Both the position numbers and the translations under genes were made by a program. DNA of 63,243 nucleotides, counting the filler, from Hausera hauseri (taxonomy: Eukaryota), in NCBI GenBank assembly GCA_046269625.1. It is 12 parts of 12 records of this genome, joined end to end, with 100 filler letters (N's around TTAATTAATTAA, not from the genome) between each part and the next. Parts side by side here need not be neighbours in the genome. Positions count along the whole stretch, not along the records: positions 24,034 to 31,446 come from JBJURY010016232.1; positions 31,547 to 35,811 come from JBJURY010668775.1; positions 35,912 to 40,438 come from JBJURY010541120.1; 9 more parts are not named here. One strand, 5' to 3'. Position 1 is the stretch's first letter, and each line of letters opens with the position of its first letter. Shown piece by piece: positions 24,034 through 38,450 of the stretch. A model generated the notes under the pieces. The model had not been told where the DNA came from. It did not search any database and saw only the letters and a program-made list of their open reading frames with translations.

Positions 24034-27000
24034 GGTCACGTGATGTCAAGTGATTTGTCAGGTTATGTCAAATGATTTTTCACGTGACGTCAAGTGATTT
24101 GTCACGTTGTCATATGATTGGTCACGTGATATCAAGTGATTTGTCACGTTATGTCATATGATTGTTCAAGGGATGTCAAGTGATTGGTCTCGTTATGTCA
24201 TATGATTTGTCGCGTGATTTCAAGTTATTTGTCACGTTATACCATATTATTGGTCACGTGATGTCAAGAGATTTGTCACGTTTTTTGTTATGATTGGTCA
24301 CGTTATGCCAAGTGATTTGTCACCTTATGTCATATGATTCGTCATGTAATGTGAATTAATTTGTAATATTATATGCTATGATTGGGGAAGTGATGGCAAT
24401 TAATTTGTAGCGTTATATCATATGATTGTTCACGTAATATCATGTGATTTTTCACGTTGTATTACATGATTGGTTACGTGATGTTAAGTGATTTGTTACG
24501 TTATGTCATATGATTGGTCACGTGATACCAAGAGCTTTGCAACGTCATGTTACATGATTGGTCTCGTGATTTCAAATGATTTGTCACGTTATGTCATATG
24601 ATTGGTCACGAGATGTAAAATGATTTGTCACGTTATGTCATATGATTGGTCACGTGATATCTAGTGATTTGTCACTTTGTATCATATGATTGGTCACGGA
24701 TTATCAAGTGACATATCGCGGTATATCAAATATTTTTCACGTGACATCAAGTGATTTGTCACGTTGTCATATGATTGGTCACGCGATGTCAAATGTTTTG
24801 TCACTTTGTGTCATATGACTGCTCACATGATGTCAAATACTTCGTCGCTTTATGCCTGTGATTGGACACGTGATATAAAGCGATTGGTCAAGTTCTCTCA
24901 TATAATTGGTCACGTGATGTAAAGTAATTTTTTACGATATATCATATGATTAGTCACGTAAAGTCAATTCATATACCATGTTATATCAAATAATTAGTCA
25001 CGCGGTGCAAGTGATTTGTCACGTTATATATATGATTGGTCACGTGATGTCAAGTGATTTGTCACGTTATAACTCGTCATTGGTCAAGTGATATCAAGTG
25101 TTTTGTCACGCTATGTCGTATGATTGGTCACCTGATGTCAAGTGATTTGTCTCTTTATGTCTTATGATTGGTCACGTGATATCAAATGATTTGTCACGTT
25201 ACATCATTTGATAGGTAAATTGATGTCAATTAATTTTCACGTTTTGAATATGATTGGGCACGTGATGTCAAGTGATTTGTCACGTTATGCCGTATGATTG
25301 GTCACGTGATGGGAAATGATTTGGCAACTTATGTCGTGTGATTGGTCTCGTGATGCCAAGTGATTTGTCAAGTTATACCATATGATTGGTAACGTGATAT
25401 CAAATAATTTGTCACGTCATGTCACATTATTGGTAGCGTGATGTCAAGTGATTTGTCACGTTGTACCATATGATTGGTGATGTGATATGAAATAATTTGT
25501 CGCTTTATATCATTTGATTAGTCTTGTGATGTCAAATGATTTTTTCACTTTATATTATATGATTGGTCACGTCATGTCAAATGATTTGTCACGTTCTGTC
25601 ATATGACTGTTCACGTGATGTCAAATGATTTGTCCCGATACATAATATGATTAGGCACGTGATGTCAAGTGATATGTCATATTATATCATATGATTGATC
25701 ACGTGACGTCAAATGATTTGTCACGATATATATATGATTGGTCACGTGATGTCAAGTGATTTGTCACGTTACGTCATATGACTGGTCACGTGATATCAAG
25801 TGATTTGTCACGGGTACTGTATGATTGGTTACGTGATGCCAAGCAATTTATCACGTAATATCATATGAGTAGTCACGTGATGTCAAGTGATTTATCACGT
25901 TATATCACATGATTAGTCACGTGATGTCAAGTGATTTGTCACGTTATATCACATTATTGGTCACGTGATATCAAGTGATTTGCAACGTTATGTCGTATGA
26001 TTGGTCACGTGATGGCAAGTGATTTGTCACGTTATACCATATGATTGGTCACCTGATGTCAAGTGATTTGTCACTTTATGTCTTGTGATTGGTCTCGTGA
26101 TATCAAGTCATTTGTCACGTTATACCATATGATCGGTAGCGTGATATCAAGTAATTTGTCCCGACATATCATATTATTAGTCACGTGATGTCAAATGATT
26201 TTTCACCTTATGTCATATGACTGTTCACGTGATGTCAAATGATTTGTCACTTTATGCATATGATTGGTCACGTGATATCAAGTAATTTTACACGTTATTT
26301 CACATCAATTATCACGTGATGTCAAGTAATTTGTCGCGATATATAATATGACTAGGCACGTGATATCAAGTGATATTTCATGTTATATCATATGATTGGT
26401 CACGTGATGTCAAGTGATTTGTCGCATTATACCATATGATTGGTGACGCGATATCAAGTGATTTGTCCCGCTATGTCTAATTATTGGTCACGTGATATCT
26501 AGTCATTTGTCATGTTATGTATATGATTAAGCACGTGATGTCAAGTGATTTGTCACGTTATGTCATAAGACTGGTCACGTGATAACAAGTGATTTGTAAC
26601 TGTATACTGTATGATTGGTTACGTGATGTCAAGAAATTTATCACGTTATATCATATGATTTGTCACGTAATTTCAAGTGACTTGTCACGTTATGTCACAT
26701 GATTGGTCACGTGATGTCAAGTGATTTGTCACATTATAGCATATGATTGGTCACGTGATATCAGGTGAATTGTCACGTTATATCATATGATTGGTCACGC
26801 GATATCAAGTGATTTGTCACGTTACATCATATGATACACTCACGTGATGTTAAGTGATTTGTCACGTTATATCATATGATTAGAATCGTGATGTTTTCTG
26901 ATTGGAAACATTATATTATATGATTGGCCACGTGATGTCAAGTGATTTGTCTCGTTATATCATATGATTAGTCTCGTCATGTCAAATGATTTTCACACTT

Positions 27001-30000
27001 TTTATCATATGATTGGTCACGTGATGTCAAATGATTTGTCACCTTATGTCATATGACTGTTCACGTGATGTCAAATGATTTGTCACTTTATGCATATGAT
27101 TGCTCACGTGATATCAAGTGATTTTTCACCTTATGTCATATAACTGGACACGTGATGTCAAATAATTTGTCACGATATACAATATGATTAGGCACGTGAT
27201 GTCAAGTGATATGTCATGTTATACCATATGATTGGTCATTTGATGTCAAGTAATTTGTCACGTTATATATATGATTGGTCACGTGATGTCAAGTGATTTG
27301 TCACGATATGTCAGATAATTGGTCACGTGATGTCAAGTGATTTCTCACGTTATAGCATATGATTGGTCACGTGATATCAGGTGATTTGTCACGTTACGTC
27401 ATATGATATGTCAAGTGATGTCAAGTGATTTGTCACCTTACGCATATGATTGGCCGCGTGATTTCAAGTGATTTGTCACGTTATATCATATGTTTGGCGA
27501 CGTGATGTCAAATAATTTGCCGCGTTATATCATATGATTATAATCGTGATGTCATCTGATTTGACACGTTATATCATATGATTGGTCACGTAATGTCAAA
27601 TGATTTGTCACGTTATGTCATATGAAAGGTCACGTGATGTCAAGTGATTTGTCACGTTATATCACATTAATGGTCACGTGATATCAAGTGATTTGCCATG
27701 TTGTGTCGTGTGATTGGTCACGTGACGTCAAGTGATTTGTCACGTCATGCCGTATGATTGGTCACTTGATAGCAAGAGATTTGTCACGTTATATCGTATG
27801 ATTGGTCACGTGATGTCAAGTGATTTGTCACGTTATGTTTATGATTGGTCACGTGATATCAAATGATTTGTCACGTTATATCACATTAATGGTCACGTGA
27901 TATCAAGTGATTTGTCACGTTATATATATGATTGGTCACGTGATGGCAAATGATTTGTCACGTTATGCCGTATGATTCGTCACTTGATATCAAGTGAATT
28001 GTCAGGTTATATTGCATGATAGGTCACGAGATATTAAGTGATTTGTCACGTTATACCACATGATTGGAGATGTGATATTAAGTAATTTGTAACGTCATGT
28101 CATATTATTGGTCACGTGATATCAAGTGATTTGCCACGTTATGTCGTGTGATTGCTCACGTGATGTCAAGTGATTTGTATCGATATACCTTATGATTGGT
28201 CACGTGATATAAAGCCATTTGTTACGTTATGTCATATGATTGGTTACGTGATATCAAGTGGTTTGTCACGTTATGTCTTATGATTGGTCACGTGATACCA
28301 AATTATTTGTCACGTTATGTCGTGTGATTGGTCACGTGATGTCAAGTGATTTGTATCAATATACATTATGATTGGTCACGTGATATAAAGCCATTTGTCA
28401 CGTTATGTCATATGATTGGTCACGTGATATCAAGTGGTTTGTCACGTTATGTCGTATGATTGGTCACGTAATGTCAAGTGATTTCTCACGTTATACCATA
28501 TGATTGGTCACGTGATATGAAGCCATTTGTCCCGTTATGTCATATGATTGGTCACGTGATATCAAGTAATTTGTCACGTTATGTCGTGTGATTGGTTACG
28601 TGATGTCAAGTGATTTGTATCGTTATAACTTATGATTGGTCATGTGATGTCAATTGATTTGTCAGGTTATACCATGTGAATGGTGACGTGATGTCAAGTA
28701 ATTTTTCACATTATAACATATGATTAGCCACGTGATGTCAAGAGATTTGTAACGTTATATCATATGATTGGTCACGTGATGTCAAGTGATTTTTCACGTT
28801 AAACCATTTAATTGGTGACGTGAAACCAAGTGATTTGTCACGTTATACCATATGATTGGTGATGTGATATCAAGTATTTTGTCCCGTTATATCTTGTGAT
28901 TGGTCACGCGATATCAAGTGATTTGTCACGTTATGGCATTTGATTGGTCACGTGATGCCATGTGATTTGTCGCCTTACACCATATGATTGGTCACGTGAT
29001 TTCACGTAATTTGTCCCGTTATATCTTACGATTGGTCACCTGATATCAAGTGATTAGTGATGTTATGTCGTGTGATTGATCACGTGATGTCAACTGATTT
29101 GTACCGTTATACCATATGATTGGTCACGTGATATGATACGATTTGTCACGTTATGTCATACGATTGGTCACGTGATATCAAGTGATTTGTCACGTTATGT
29201 CATATGATTGGTCACGTGATGTCAAGTGATTTGTCACGTTATACCTTATGATTGGTGACGTGATATCAAGTGATTTGTCCCGTTATGTCCTATAATTGGT
29301 CACGTGATATGAAGTGATTTGTCACGCTATGTCATATGATTGGTCAGTTCATATCAAGTGATTTGTCACGTTAAATCATATATTGGTCAAGTGATGATTA
29401 GTGATTTCTCACGTTATACCATATTATTCGTGACGTGATATCAAGTAATTTGTCCAGTTATGCCTTATGATTGGTCACGTGATACCAAGTGATATGTCAC
29501 GTTATGTCGTGTGATTGCTCACGTGATGTCAAGTGATTTGTCTCGTTATACCTTATGAGTTGTCACGTGATGTCAAGTAATTTGTGACGTTATATCATAT
29601 CTTTGGTTACCTGATGTCAAGTGATTTGTCACGTTATAGAATATGATTGGTGACGCGATGTCAAATAATTTTTTACAGTATTTTATATGATTAGTAACGT
29701 GATGTCAAGTGATTTGTCACGTTATATCATATGATTCGTCACGAGATGTCAAGCGATTTGTCAAGTTATACCATATCATTTGTGACGTGATATCAAATGA
29801 TTTGTCCCCTTATGTTATATGATTTGTCACGTGATACAAATTGATTTATCACGTTACGTCATGTGATTGGTCACGTGACATCAAGTGATTTTTCACGTTA
29901 TATTATATGATTTGTAACGTGATATCAAGTGATTTGTCCCGTTGAATACTGTGATTGATCGCGTGATATCAAGTGATTTGTCACTTTATGTCATATTATT

Positions 30001-31446
30001 GGCCACCTGAGATCAAGTAATTCTTCGCCTTATATTATATGTCTGGTAACGTGATGTCAAGAGATTTGTCACGTTATACCATATGATTGCCCACTTGATG
30101 TTAAGTGGTTTGTCACCTTAAGCCATATAATTGGTGACATGATAGTAGTGATTTTTCCCGTTATGTTCTGTGATTCGTCACGTGATATCAAGTGATTTGT
30201 CACAATACGTCATGTAATTTGTCACGTGATGTCAAGTGATTTGTCACGTTATGTCACATGATTGGTCACGTAATTTCAAGTCATCTGTCACGTTATATCT
30301 TATGATTGGGGACGTGATGTCAAGTAATTTTTCAACTTATATCATATGATTGGTCTTGTGATGTCAAGTGATTTGTGGCTTTATACCTTATGATTGGTGA
30401 CGTGTTATCAAGTGATTTGTCCCGTTAAGTCATATGATTGGTCACTTGATGTCAAGTAATTTTTCAGGTTATGCCATATGATTAATGACGTGATGTCAAG
30501 TAATTTTTCACTTTACATCATATAATTAGTCACGTGATGTGAAGTAATTTTTCACGTTATATCATATGATTGGTCACGTGATATGAAGTGATTTGTCACG
30601 TTATGTCATAGGATTGGTCAGGTTATGTCAAGTAATTTGTTACGTTACGTCATATATTGGTCACGCGATGATAAGTGATTTGTCATGTTATACCATATGA
30701 GTGGTTACGTGATATCAAGTAATTTTTCACGTCATGTCATATTATTGGTCACGTGATATCAAGTGATTTGTCATGTTATATTATATTATTGGTCACGTGA
30801 TGTCAAGTGATTTGTCACGTTATACCATGTAATTGGTGACGTGATATAAAAAGATTTGTACCGTTATGTCTTATGATTGGTCACGTGATATCAAGTGATT
30901 TGCCACGTTATGTCATGTGAATTGTCACGTGATATCAAGCGATTTATCACGTTATACCATATGATTTGTGACGTGATATCAATTGATTTTTCCCGTTGAA
31001 TATTATGATTGCTCGCGTGATATCAAGTGATATGTCACTTTATATCATATTATTGGTCACCTGAGATCAAGTAATTTTTCGCCTTATATTATATATCTGT
31101 TAACGTGATGTCAAGATATTTGTCACGTTATACCGTATTATTGTTCATGTGATGTCAAGTAATTTGTCACAATAAACCATATAATTGGTGGCATGATAGC
31201 AAGTGATTTTTCCCGTTATGTTTGTAATTCGTCACGTGATATGAAGTGATTTGTCACATTACGTCATATGATTTGTCACGTTTTGTCACGTGATTGCTCG
31301 CGTGATATCAAGTGATTTGTCACGTTACGTCATATATTGGTCACGTGATTATTAGTGATTTATCAAGTTATACCATATGATTAGTGACGTGATATAAGTA
31401 ATTTGTCACGTCATGATGTGAAGTAATTTTTCATGTCATATCTTAT
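24034..31446. repeat. 44-bp tandem satellite, roughly 170 diverged units
   Basis: Consensus ggtcacgtgatgtcaagtgatttgtcacgttatgtcatatgatt fills the whole contig. Confidence 0.97.
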
Positions 31447-31548
31447 NNNNNNNNNNNNNNNNNNNNNNNNNNNNNNNNNNNNNNNNNNNNTTAATTAATT
31501 AANNNNNNNNNNNNNNNNNNNNNNNNNNNNNNNNNNNNNNNNNNNNGA

Positions 31549-34500
31549 TGCTACAACGCCGTCAAAGCGAGGCTTTTCAAAACTTATGACGACTTTGTTG
31601 ATAATGCGACTACAAAAAGGGAAACATCTAGCAATATCAGCTCGCACGAGAGGAAACCAAGGGCGTGCAGGAGTAATTTAAAAGTGCCGGGAAATAATTG
31701 TGATCAACGGTGTCTACAGGACAACCCTTCGGATTCTAAGCCACAGCTCCACCAGAGTGTAGGCTGTCGAAAATCAAAGAGTTCAAGTGACCTCGATTCA
31801 AAGTCTAATTTCAAAGACAACAATAGCTATCAAATAAAAAGTCAGGAAGGCACCATCGTTTGCGAAGGTAGTCCTCTGGATATACTGGACACTCTAGTTG
31901 ATGACAAAATCAAAATGCTTCTTGATAAAGTAATTGAGAAATGGTCCCCGAACAAGCATAAAAGTTCTCGACTACCAGAAACCAAAACCAACAACGAAAG
32001 TGCGGACAGAAATGACATGTCGAGGCACTACGGCTCGTCCTTGTCCTCGGAAGAACACCACAGCATGTCAAGTCAGTCAGTTAGTTCCGAAGCTATGACT
32101 GAAAAATCACTGACTGAAGAGAGCGTTGTTATCTTATCTGTACCGACCGGTTCCGGCTGCGCGCGCAAGAAAAAGATATCTGTTGAACTGACAAAACAAC
32201 AAAATGAAAAACTGATGGATTGGATCAGCAGGTCGGTGCCTGAAATGTCTAGATTAAAGCCGGATCCTAGTCAACATAAAAATAAATATATTGTGTCGAT
32301 TAAGAGGAAGAGAGTGGTCTCTGAAACCAGAGGTCGCTGCAAGAATAAACGGAGATTCAGAGAAGAGGCGAAGTCGTCCGACAGTGCTAATATTACGAAC
32401 AGTGCCAATAACTGCTGTGAAAAGGGGGCATCGAGAAACAGCAATGACGCGAAGACTTCCATGTCTGGGTGTCGCTGGCCACTCATTTCTTTCACTTCGA
32501 AGCTGCAAAACTCTCCGAGCCGAAATACGTGTCAATCACCAGTCTTAAGAAATGCTTCTAGAACTTCCAGGTCACGTCGTCAATGTCCGACACGAAAACC
32601 TAGTTCAGAAAACAGGAGGAGGTCATCAAATAAACATGTCTCCACTCCGCAACAAAAACGTAGTAAGAAACGCGCTAGTTCTACTCCAGGAAGGAGAACA
32701 GCCAAGCGCAGGGTAAATCAAAATACATCTCCTTTGAAATCCCCAAAGTCGAGAAGTGGCGAGACGGAATCGACCTTGAACAATAAATATGAAGACAAAG
32801 AAATATCTGATAAATGCGCCATGAAAACTGTTAATTCGTTTGCAAGCAGCGGGATCTCCAGAATCGCAAGAGCCCTGAACAACTTTCATAAGCCCGAGTG
32901 CAATCAAATCCGCGTGCACCACGATGCACCATGTAGTGCAACTCCACTTGGACACTGTGACTCGGTTATGAGTGAAGCGAAACTCCGTTGTAGTGTGGGT
33001 AATACCGAACACCTTAAATGGCATGCTGCACCAACGGAAAATGAGGAAGATAGCCTTGCTGGATGTGACGATTTCGAAACCTCTTTTCTGACGCCAATAA
33101 AAGAGGAATCTCACTCCTGTGGAAACAACAGCTCTGACAAGTCCAGGTCAGATTTCGAAGACTTCGTTAAGAAATGTAGAAGAAAACTGTTGGGAATAAG
33201 GGAAGAAGAGTCAATCTGGCACAAGGACAGCCGTTGTGTATCCAATACTGCAAACAGCCACTCATGTTCTCATCACCGAGCGACATCGACTTCAGAGGAT
33301 CGTGACACGCTGGAGGACTCCGATTTAGCCGTTAATAGGGCAGGCTGCTACGTAAGAAGGCATCAGGACAACTGCTGCGTCCATCATGAAGAGAATGCTG
33401 AAAACGTTACGCTGGAGCCCAGGTTAATGAATAACAAGCACCACCAACATGTCTTGTTATATTTGCAGCACGTCGGCCCCTACAAGTCGGCATTTCTTCG
33501 TAGTGAGATGAATGATTCAGCCCGGCCCGTAAAAATATCGTCGCGCAAGAATGAACATGACCTTTTAAGGCTGTATGCCACAGGAGGCAACATAAATAAC
33601 TACCTCTGTAGCTCAAGAGGTAGCCTAACACCTGGGTGGCCATCCAGAAAAAACATCTTGGACTTTAACTGGAGGAAAAGCAACCAGGACCGAGTGTTGG
33701 CACCACCAGACACGTCAGTCTACACCAGATCTGGCGACAGCTACCTCCAGCCCAGACATTTAAGTGCGCCGGAGAGCCAGACCAAACTATTTTCCTCTGT
33801 TTATTCACCGTTCCGGTCTAATTACGGGGATGCGTATCGAAAATGCGTGTCACCACAATTCACTGATTACTCTGAAGTGACCAACAAAGTGAATATCTAC
33901 AAGAACCTTCCTAGGGACGACAGCAAATGCTTGAAATTTACAACAAGCAGGTGGTATTCGGCTGATGCAATCGATATGGGGGTAGGTCAGCATCATGACC
34001 TAATTAGGAGAAATTGGAATGAAAGTGCCAACAACGGAAGCGATGGATCTTCACCGGGTGAGTCCAGCGGAAATGATGAAGCTGAGATAAGAGATGGCGC
34101 CGAAAGAAGTGAGTACCATAGGATGGGCCAACTAAAGGCCAAGCTTCAGGCCGGGGACACGCCATCTGCCTCAAATGACCACTCTGAGAAGGATAAGCCG
34201 CACAGGGCAGCCCGTCTTGGTCATATGACTCAGGACCAGTATTTTAAACAGGTCCAGTACGTTCCCGTGGATGATCCCCACTGTCTGTGTCGCGAGCACG
34301 CTTGCATGTCATACGATTATGGACATCAGAATTACCACATGGCTAGAGTATCGAACTTTGCCGCCAGAAATATAAACGCTAGCGGGAATATGTTTGGCCG
34401 CGGACTGCAGATCAGCGAAGAGCGCATGTCTGTCATGCCGGAACACGACGGCGACAGCGATGAAGAATTTACTTCTGCCACTGAAGAGCTCCCACGATAC

Positions 34501-35811
34501 TCATCTGGTTGTAAAAAAAGGGCGAGGTATAACAGAAACAGCAGCCAGGAAATTGATGATACCTGCAACCACCCTGACTCTATGAGTTATTACATGGGCG
34601 ATGGGCCTTCTGGGCAATTTGATAACTTCGAGGGCATACCTAAAGAGGACATGTTGATTAGCTTATCGCCCGTTGATGGCGATCAAATGATGTACTGTTC
34701 CCATCGTCAGAAGAATAACGCATGTCATAGATCGTCATCAGAGGCGGCTGGGCAGGCAGCATCTACTGGTATGAACAAGCAGTGCAGAAGCGAAGCCGGC
34801 ATTGTCCACCAGCTTGACAAGAACCACATCCTACCCGGGCGCTCGTGTTTCGGCCAGGGAGATATTCTCAACAAGAGAGCCTTTACTCAGTGGTACGTGG
34901 AAGAAGGTGAGAAGTCCCAGCACGGTCAGCGGCGGTCATCGATCAACCCGGCGCCTGGTGAAAAGTGCTCACACAGAGAGCTTTGGGTCACCCCATCAGA
35001 ACACTGCGAAAGCTCCCCAGACGAAGGGGAGCAGGATGACGAGGAGGAGGATAATGATTGTGAAGACGATGAAGATGAAAACGACGACGAGGAAGAGGAT
35101 GGGGAGGAGGTGGATGACGACGACGAGGAGGGAGAGGACGACGAAGAAAACGAAGATGAGGAAGATGAGGAGGAGGAAGTCAATCGTGACATGGCGGTTT
35201 TTGATAGTGGCGAAGATCAGCGTCTTCTTCAGAAGAAACCAATTTGCCTCGATCACCTCAAGGAGAAGAACGCTCAAAACAACTACCAACACGAGAAACC
35301 GCAGGACATGAACGAATCTAAAATTATGGGCAAACGAATCGCGGATATGGATTCCGTAGGCAAGAGACCCACGCGGGTGAGGCCAGTTACCCAAACGAAA
35401 CGATATTCAACGGCAAATAAGCAAGGCTACCACCAAAGCACCGGAGACCACCTGAATAAGCAAAAACTTACCGCGGCCCACGATAAGAATATGCACATCA
35501 AGGCCACAGGAGGTCACCAGCATAAATTCTCTTTGGAGCAAATAAAAGTTCCGGCCATTGAGAAAGAACGCGTTCGTTTCGCCTGCGATGAAAACGGCGA
35601 CTGGGCTGAAATCGGTCGCGGGAGCTACGGTTGCGTCTATCTGGGTCTCTTGGATGGTGTCATCGAAGTGGCCATTAAGGATTTCTACGAGTCCAGCTCG
35701 TGGGATTTAGTCATTCACGAAGCACGGATGCTCATGTTCCTACAAGACACTGGGATCACGCCCAAGTTTTATGGTCTCAGGAGGCGGTTTGACATTAGCA
35801 AACAGCCTAGA
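31549..35811 (+). CDS. Large protein open at both ends: long disordered Ser/Arg-rich region, acidic tract, then a protein kinase N-lobe
   Basis: More than 1400 stop-free codons. Asp/Glu tract at about 35020-35180. IGRGSYGCVY (Gly-rich loop), VAIK, and alphaC Glu in LVIHEARML at the contig end. Confidence 0.85.
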
Positions 35812-36799
35812 NNNNNNNNNNNNNNNNNNNNNNNNNNNNNNNNNNNNNNNNNNNNTTAATTAATTAANNNNNNNNNNNNNNNNNNNNNNNNNNNNNNNNN
35901 NNNNNNNNNNNTTTTTCCAGCATTGTGAACAGACGAACGACGTTTAGTTCAGTGGAGCTCGGCTGTTGGAATTGTATTTACAGGATGTACTTAATAGTCG
36001 CACGGCCAATCAGGAACAGAGTATCACAGTTATTTGCAAAAACCCAGTAGCTATGCACACATGCCCGACGGATTAACAAAGAGCCCCATTGTTGACATCG
36101 GTTTATACACATCAGAAATAACCCATAACAAAACGTCACTTACTATCCATGTGGCCCGCAGTAGAAATGCTAACAATGTGATCGTTATTGCTTTCATCAA
36201 AGTATTTACCCGATTTAAGGCACCATTACCTTGGCCGGCTGACAAACAAACGCTACTCAGAGGCAAGGAGTTATTCACCCCGCGTAAACAACAACCAAGG
36301 AAGCCCCCGCCCGATCTGAGAAACGGTTCTAATATGGGCAATATGGCAAAATACGCACAAAATAAAAATACTGATGAAGTAACATTGCATGCGGGGAATT
36401 AGGTCACCCCAAAGTTTAGGATTCGCCGCGGCGAGGCGGAAGTCCCGGCCGCACATCCTGTGCCATTGGGTCAGATGGCACCGTTCGCTGCCGCCCCGCA
36501 ATACACCCCTGGCTTCACGACCCCTCCTTATTCCCTCTTCTTTTTTCAATTAATACACACATCCATACAACCGCATTAACACACTTAAACACTGCAACCA
36601 TCTACAACATCATCTCCACTTTTCGTCGCTCAACTGACTTTCACCTCACACACCACGGCTCCACGGTACCTCTCGTTGGAACCGTACAATCTTCTTCATC
36701 CTATATCTACCTTCACATACACTTCCGCATACATGGTGGCATGGATCCATCATCCACTATTAATACCACGGACAAACCCACCAAACCACCGTTCTGCAT

Positions 36800-36917
36800 T
36801 GTGGTGCCCACATCGACCGCCGCCCTCTGGCCCATTCGGTTGGCCACGGCCGGGCTTGCGCTGCCGACGCGTCGGGCACATAGGCGGGCCCCGATCTTCC
36901 GCCTTGAAGGTTGTACA
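36800..36917 (+). repeat. 118-bp GC-rich structured module, copy 2 (TGT...ACA)
   Basis: Same length and ends as copy 1. The MSH4 fragment starts within 5 nt of its right end. Confidence 0.85.
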
Positions 36918-36921
36918 ATTT

Positions 36922-37323
36922 CGACCGGAGTTAACCGATACATTGGGTTTGAAGTCATCGAGAAATCCTTTACATAATTGTTTGTCTAAACAGAAAATTG
37001 TGACTAATCATGTTTTTGCTTCTCCTCAATCGAACTTCATCATTGTATCAGGTGCTAAAATGAGCGAAAAATCTATCCATTTGCAGAAAATTCCACTCAT
37101 TTAGATCATCGTCCAAATTGGTCGTTTCGTTCCAGCGAAATATGCATTTTTGAAATTAACCGATCATATATTTACTAGAATCGGTGTCGACGATGACATT
37201 CAATCGAATTTCTCGAGTTTTACCATCGAAATGCGAGAAATTAATTACATAATAAACGCTGCTACAGATCATTGTCTTGCAATAATTAATGAATTAGGAA
37301 GATGAATAAGTATCAATGATTAG
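36922..37323 (+). pseudogene. MSH4: MutS homolog 4 ATPase-domain fragment
   Basis: RPELTDTLGLK...NFIIVSGAKMSEKS (decayed P-loop)...QIGRFVPA...DHIFTRIGVDDDIQSNFSSFTIEMREINYII...IINELGR*. Confidence 0.82.
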
Positions 37324-37430
37324 AATGTTTTTGTGTCGATTACATTGACCTCATTCGATTATTTTCATTCATGTGTCAGTATAATCTCATCCAGAGGGAA
37401 TGTAATATTAAACCGAATAACTGTTTTTCA

Positions 37431-37891
37431 GTCCCATCTCCTCCGTTGAACGTTCGACTAAATCAATTACGGCAAAACAGGAGCAGGGTAAAACGGTTTT
37501 TTTGGCGGATTTGGCTTGAGATGCACCGGAAAACGTTCATTGAACTATAATTACTTATCGTGTAGGACATCGATTGGTTGTACCGTCGAATCTCATCGAG
37601 GGTCCTAGACAACGGTATATTGCTCCGAAAGAGTATGTCACAAATGTGACGGTAACAAATTACTGTTCGACAATAAATGATGCTCTTGACTTTGGAAAAC
37701 TTTACGAATTTTCCATTTCCGCCATCAAAAACAATAATGATGTTGGAATTGACGCAAAGTACAATATACCGACTCGTGAAAGTGCTCCCGAAAACTATCC
37801 AGTATTTATTCAATTTACTGGTATCAACAGCAAATCTGTAAATGTTACCTGGCAGCCTTCTCTACCAGAATTTCACAATGGTGTTGTGTAG
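37431..37891 (+). pseudogene. Fibronectin type III domain fragment of a cell-surface receptor or adhesion protein
   Basis: PSPPLNVR; LDFGKLYEFSISAIKNN...TRESAPENYP...SKSVNVTWQP...HNGVV. Confidence 0.7.
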
Positions 37892-38450
37892 CATTATGAC
37901 CAAATTAATTCAATGGGATTAACAACGTTTTCCGTCTCCAGGAAATATTGAAACTTTGTACTCGTATTTTTACTCAATTAACTGCAATAACCAAACAATA
38001 CATACATTTATATAAACACAAAATGGGAACGTTCTCCAATAACTTTGAAAAGTTGGTTCGATACACGGGTACAACATTTTCGGATCATTTATCCAGATTT
38101 ATAGTGACCGTTCAAAAACTTGAAAGTATAACAATGTCCACCTCTCCGGAAATTAAATCCGGTGATTCGTCAAAAAAAAATTAACTCAAACCGAATTAAC
38201 TACCAAGAAAAAGAAGATGCAAACGAAAAGTCTTGACAATCAAATGGGGAAAACGAAAAAGGAATTAAAGTTAATTGCGGCATTAGTTTATGAAACGGAA
38301 CAATTTCAACGGTACCTAATTGAACAGCAGAAAATTTCTAAAGTCGACTTAATGTCACACGTAAAGAAATTTATCAGCCGAGATTTCCGAATCAATATGT
38401 CAGCATTGAAAGAAAGCCTTGAACAAAACATTCCTGTCAGTTTTATTTAG
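37892..38450 (+). pseudogene. FANCI: Fanconi anemia group I protein C-terminal fragment
   Basis: LCTRIFTQLTAITKQY, NNFEKLVRYTGT and LVYETEQFQRYLIEQQKISKVDLMSHVKKFISRDFRI parallel the FANCI C-terminus. Frameshifted. AATAAA near 38755. Confidence 0.75.

Noticed and set aside
24034-31446. CRISPR-like periodic palindromic repeats
   Set aside because: Head-to-tail satellite with no unique spacers and no cas genes.
34802-35394. Overlapping poly-Ser, hydrophobic and Arg-rich ORFs
   Set aside because: Shadow frames of the acidic tract in the kinase ORF.
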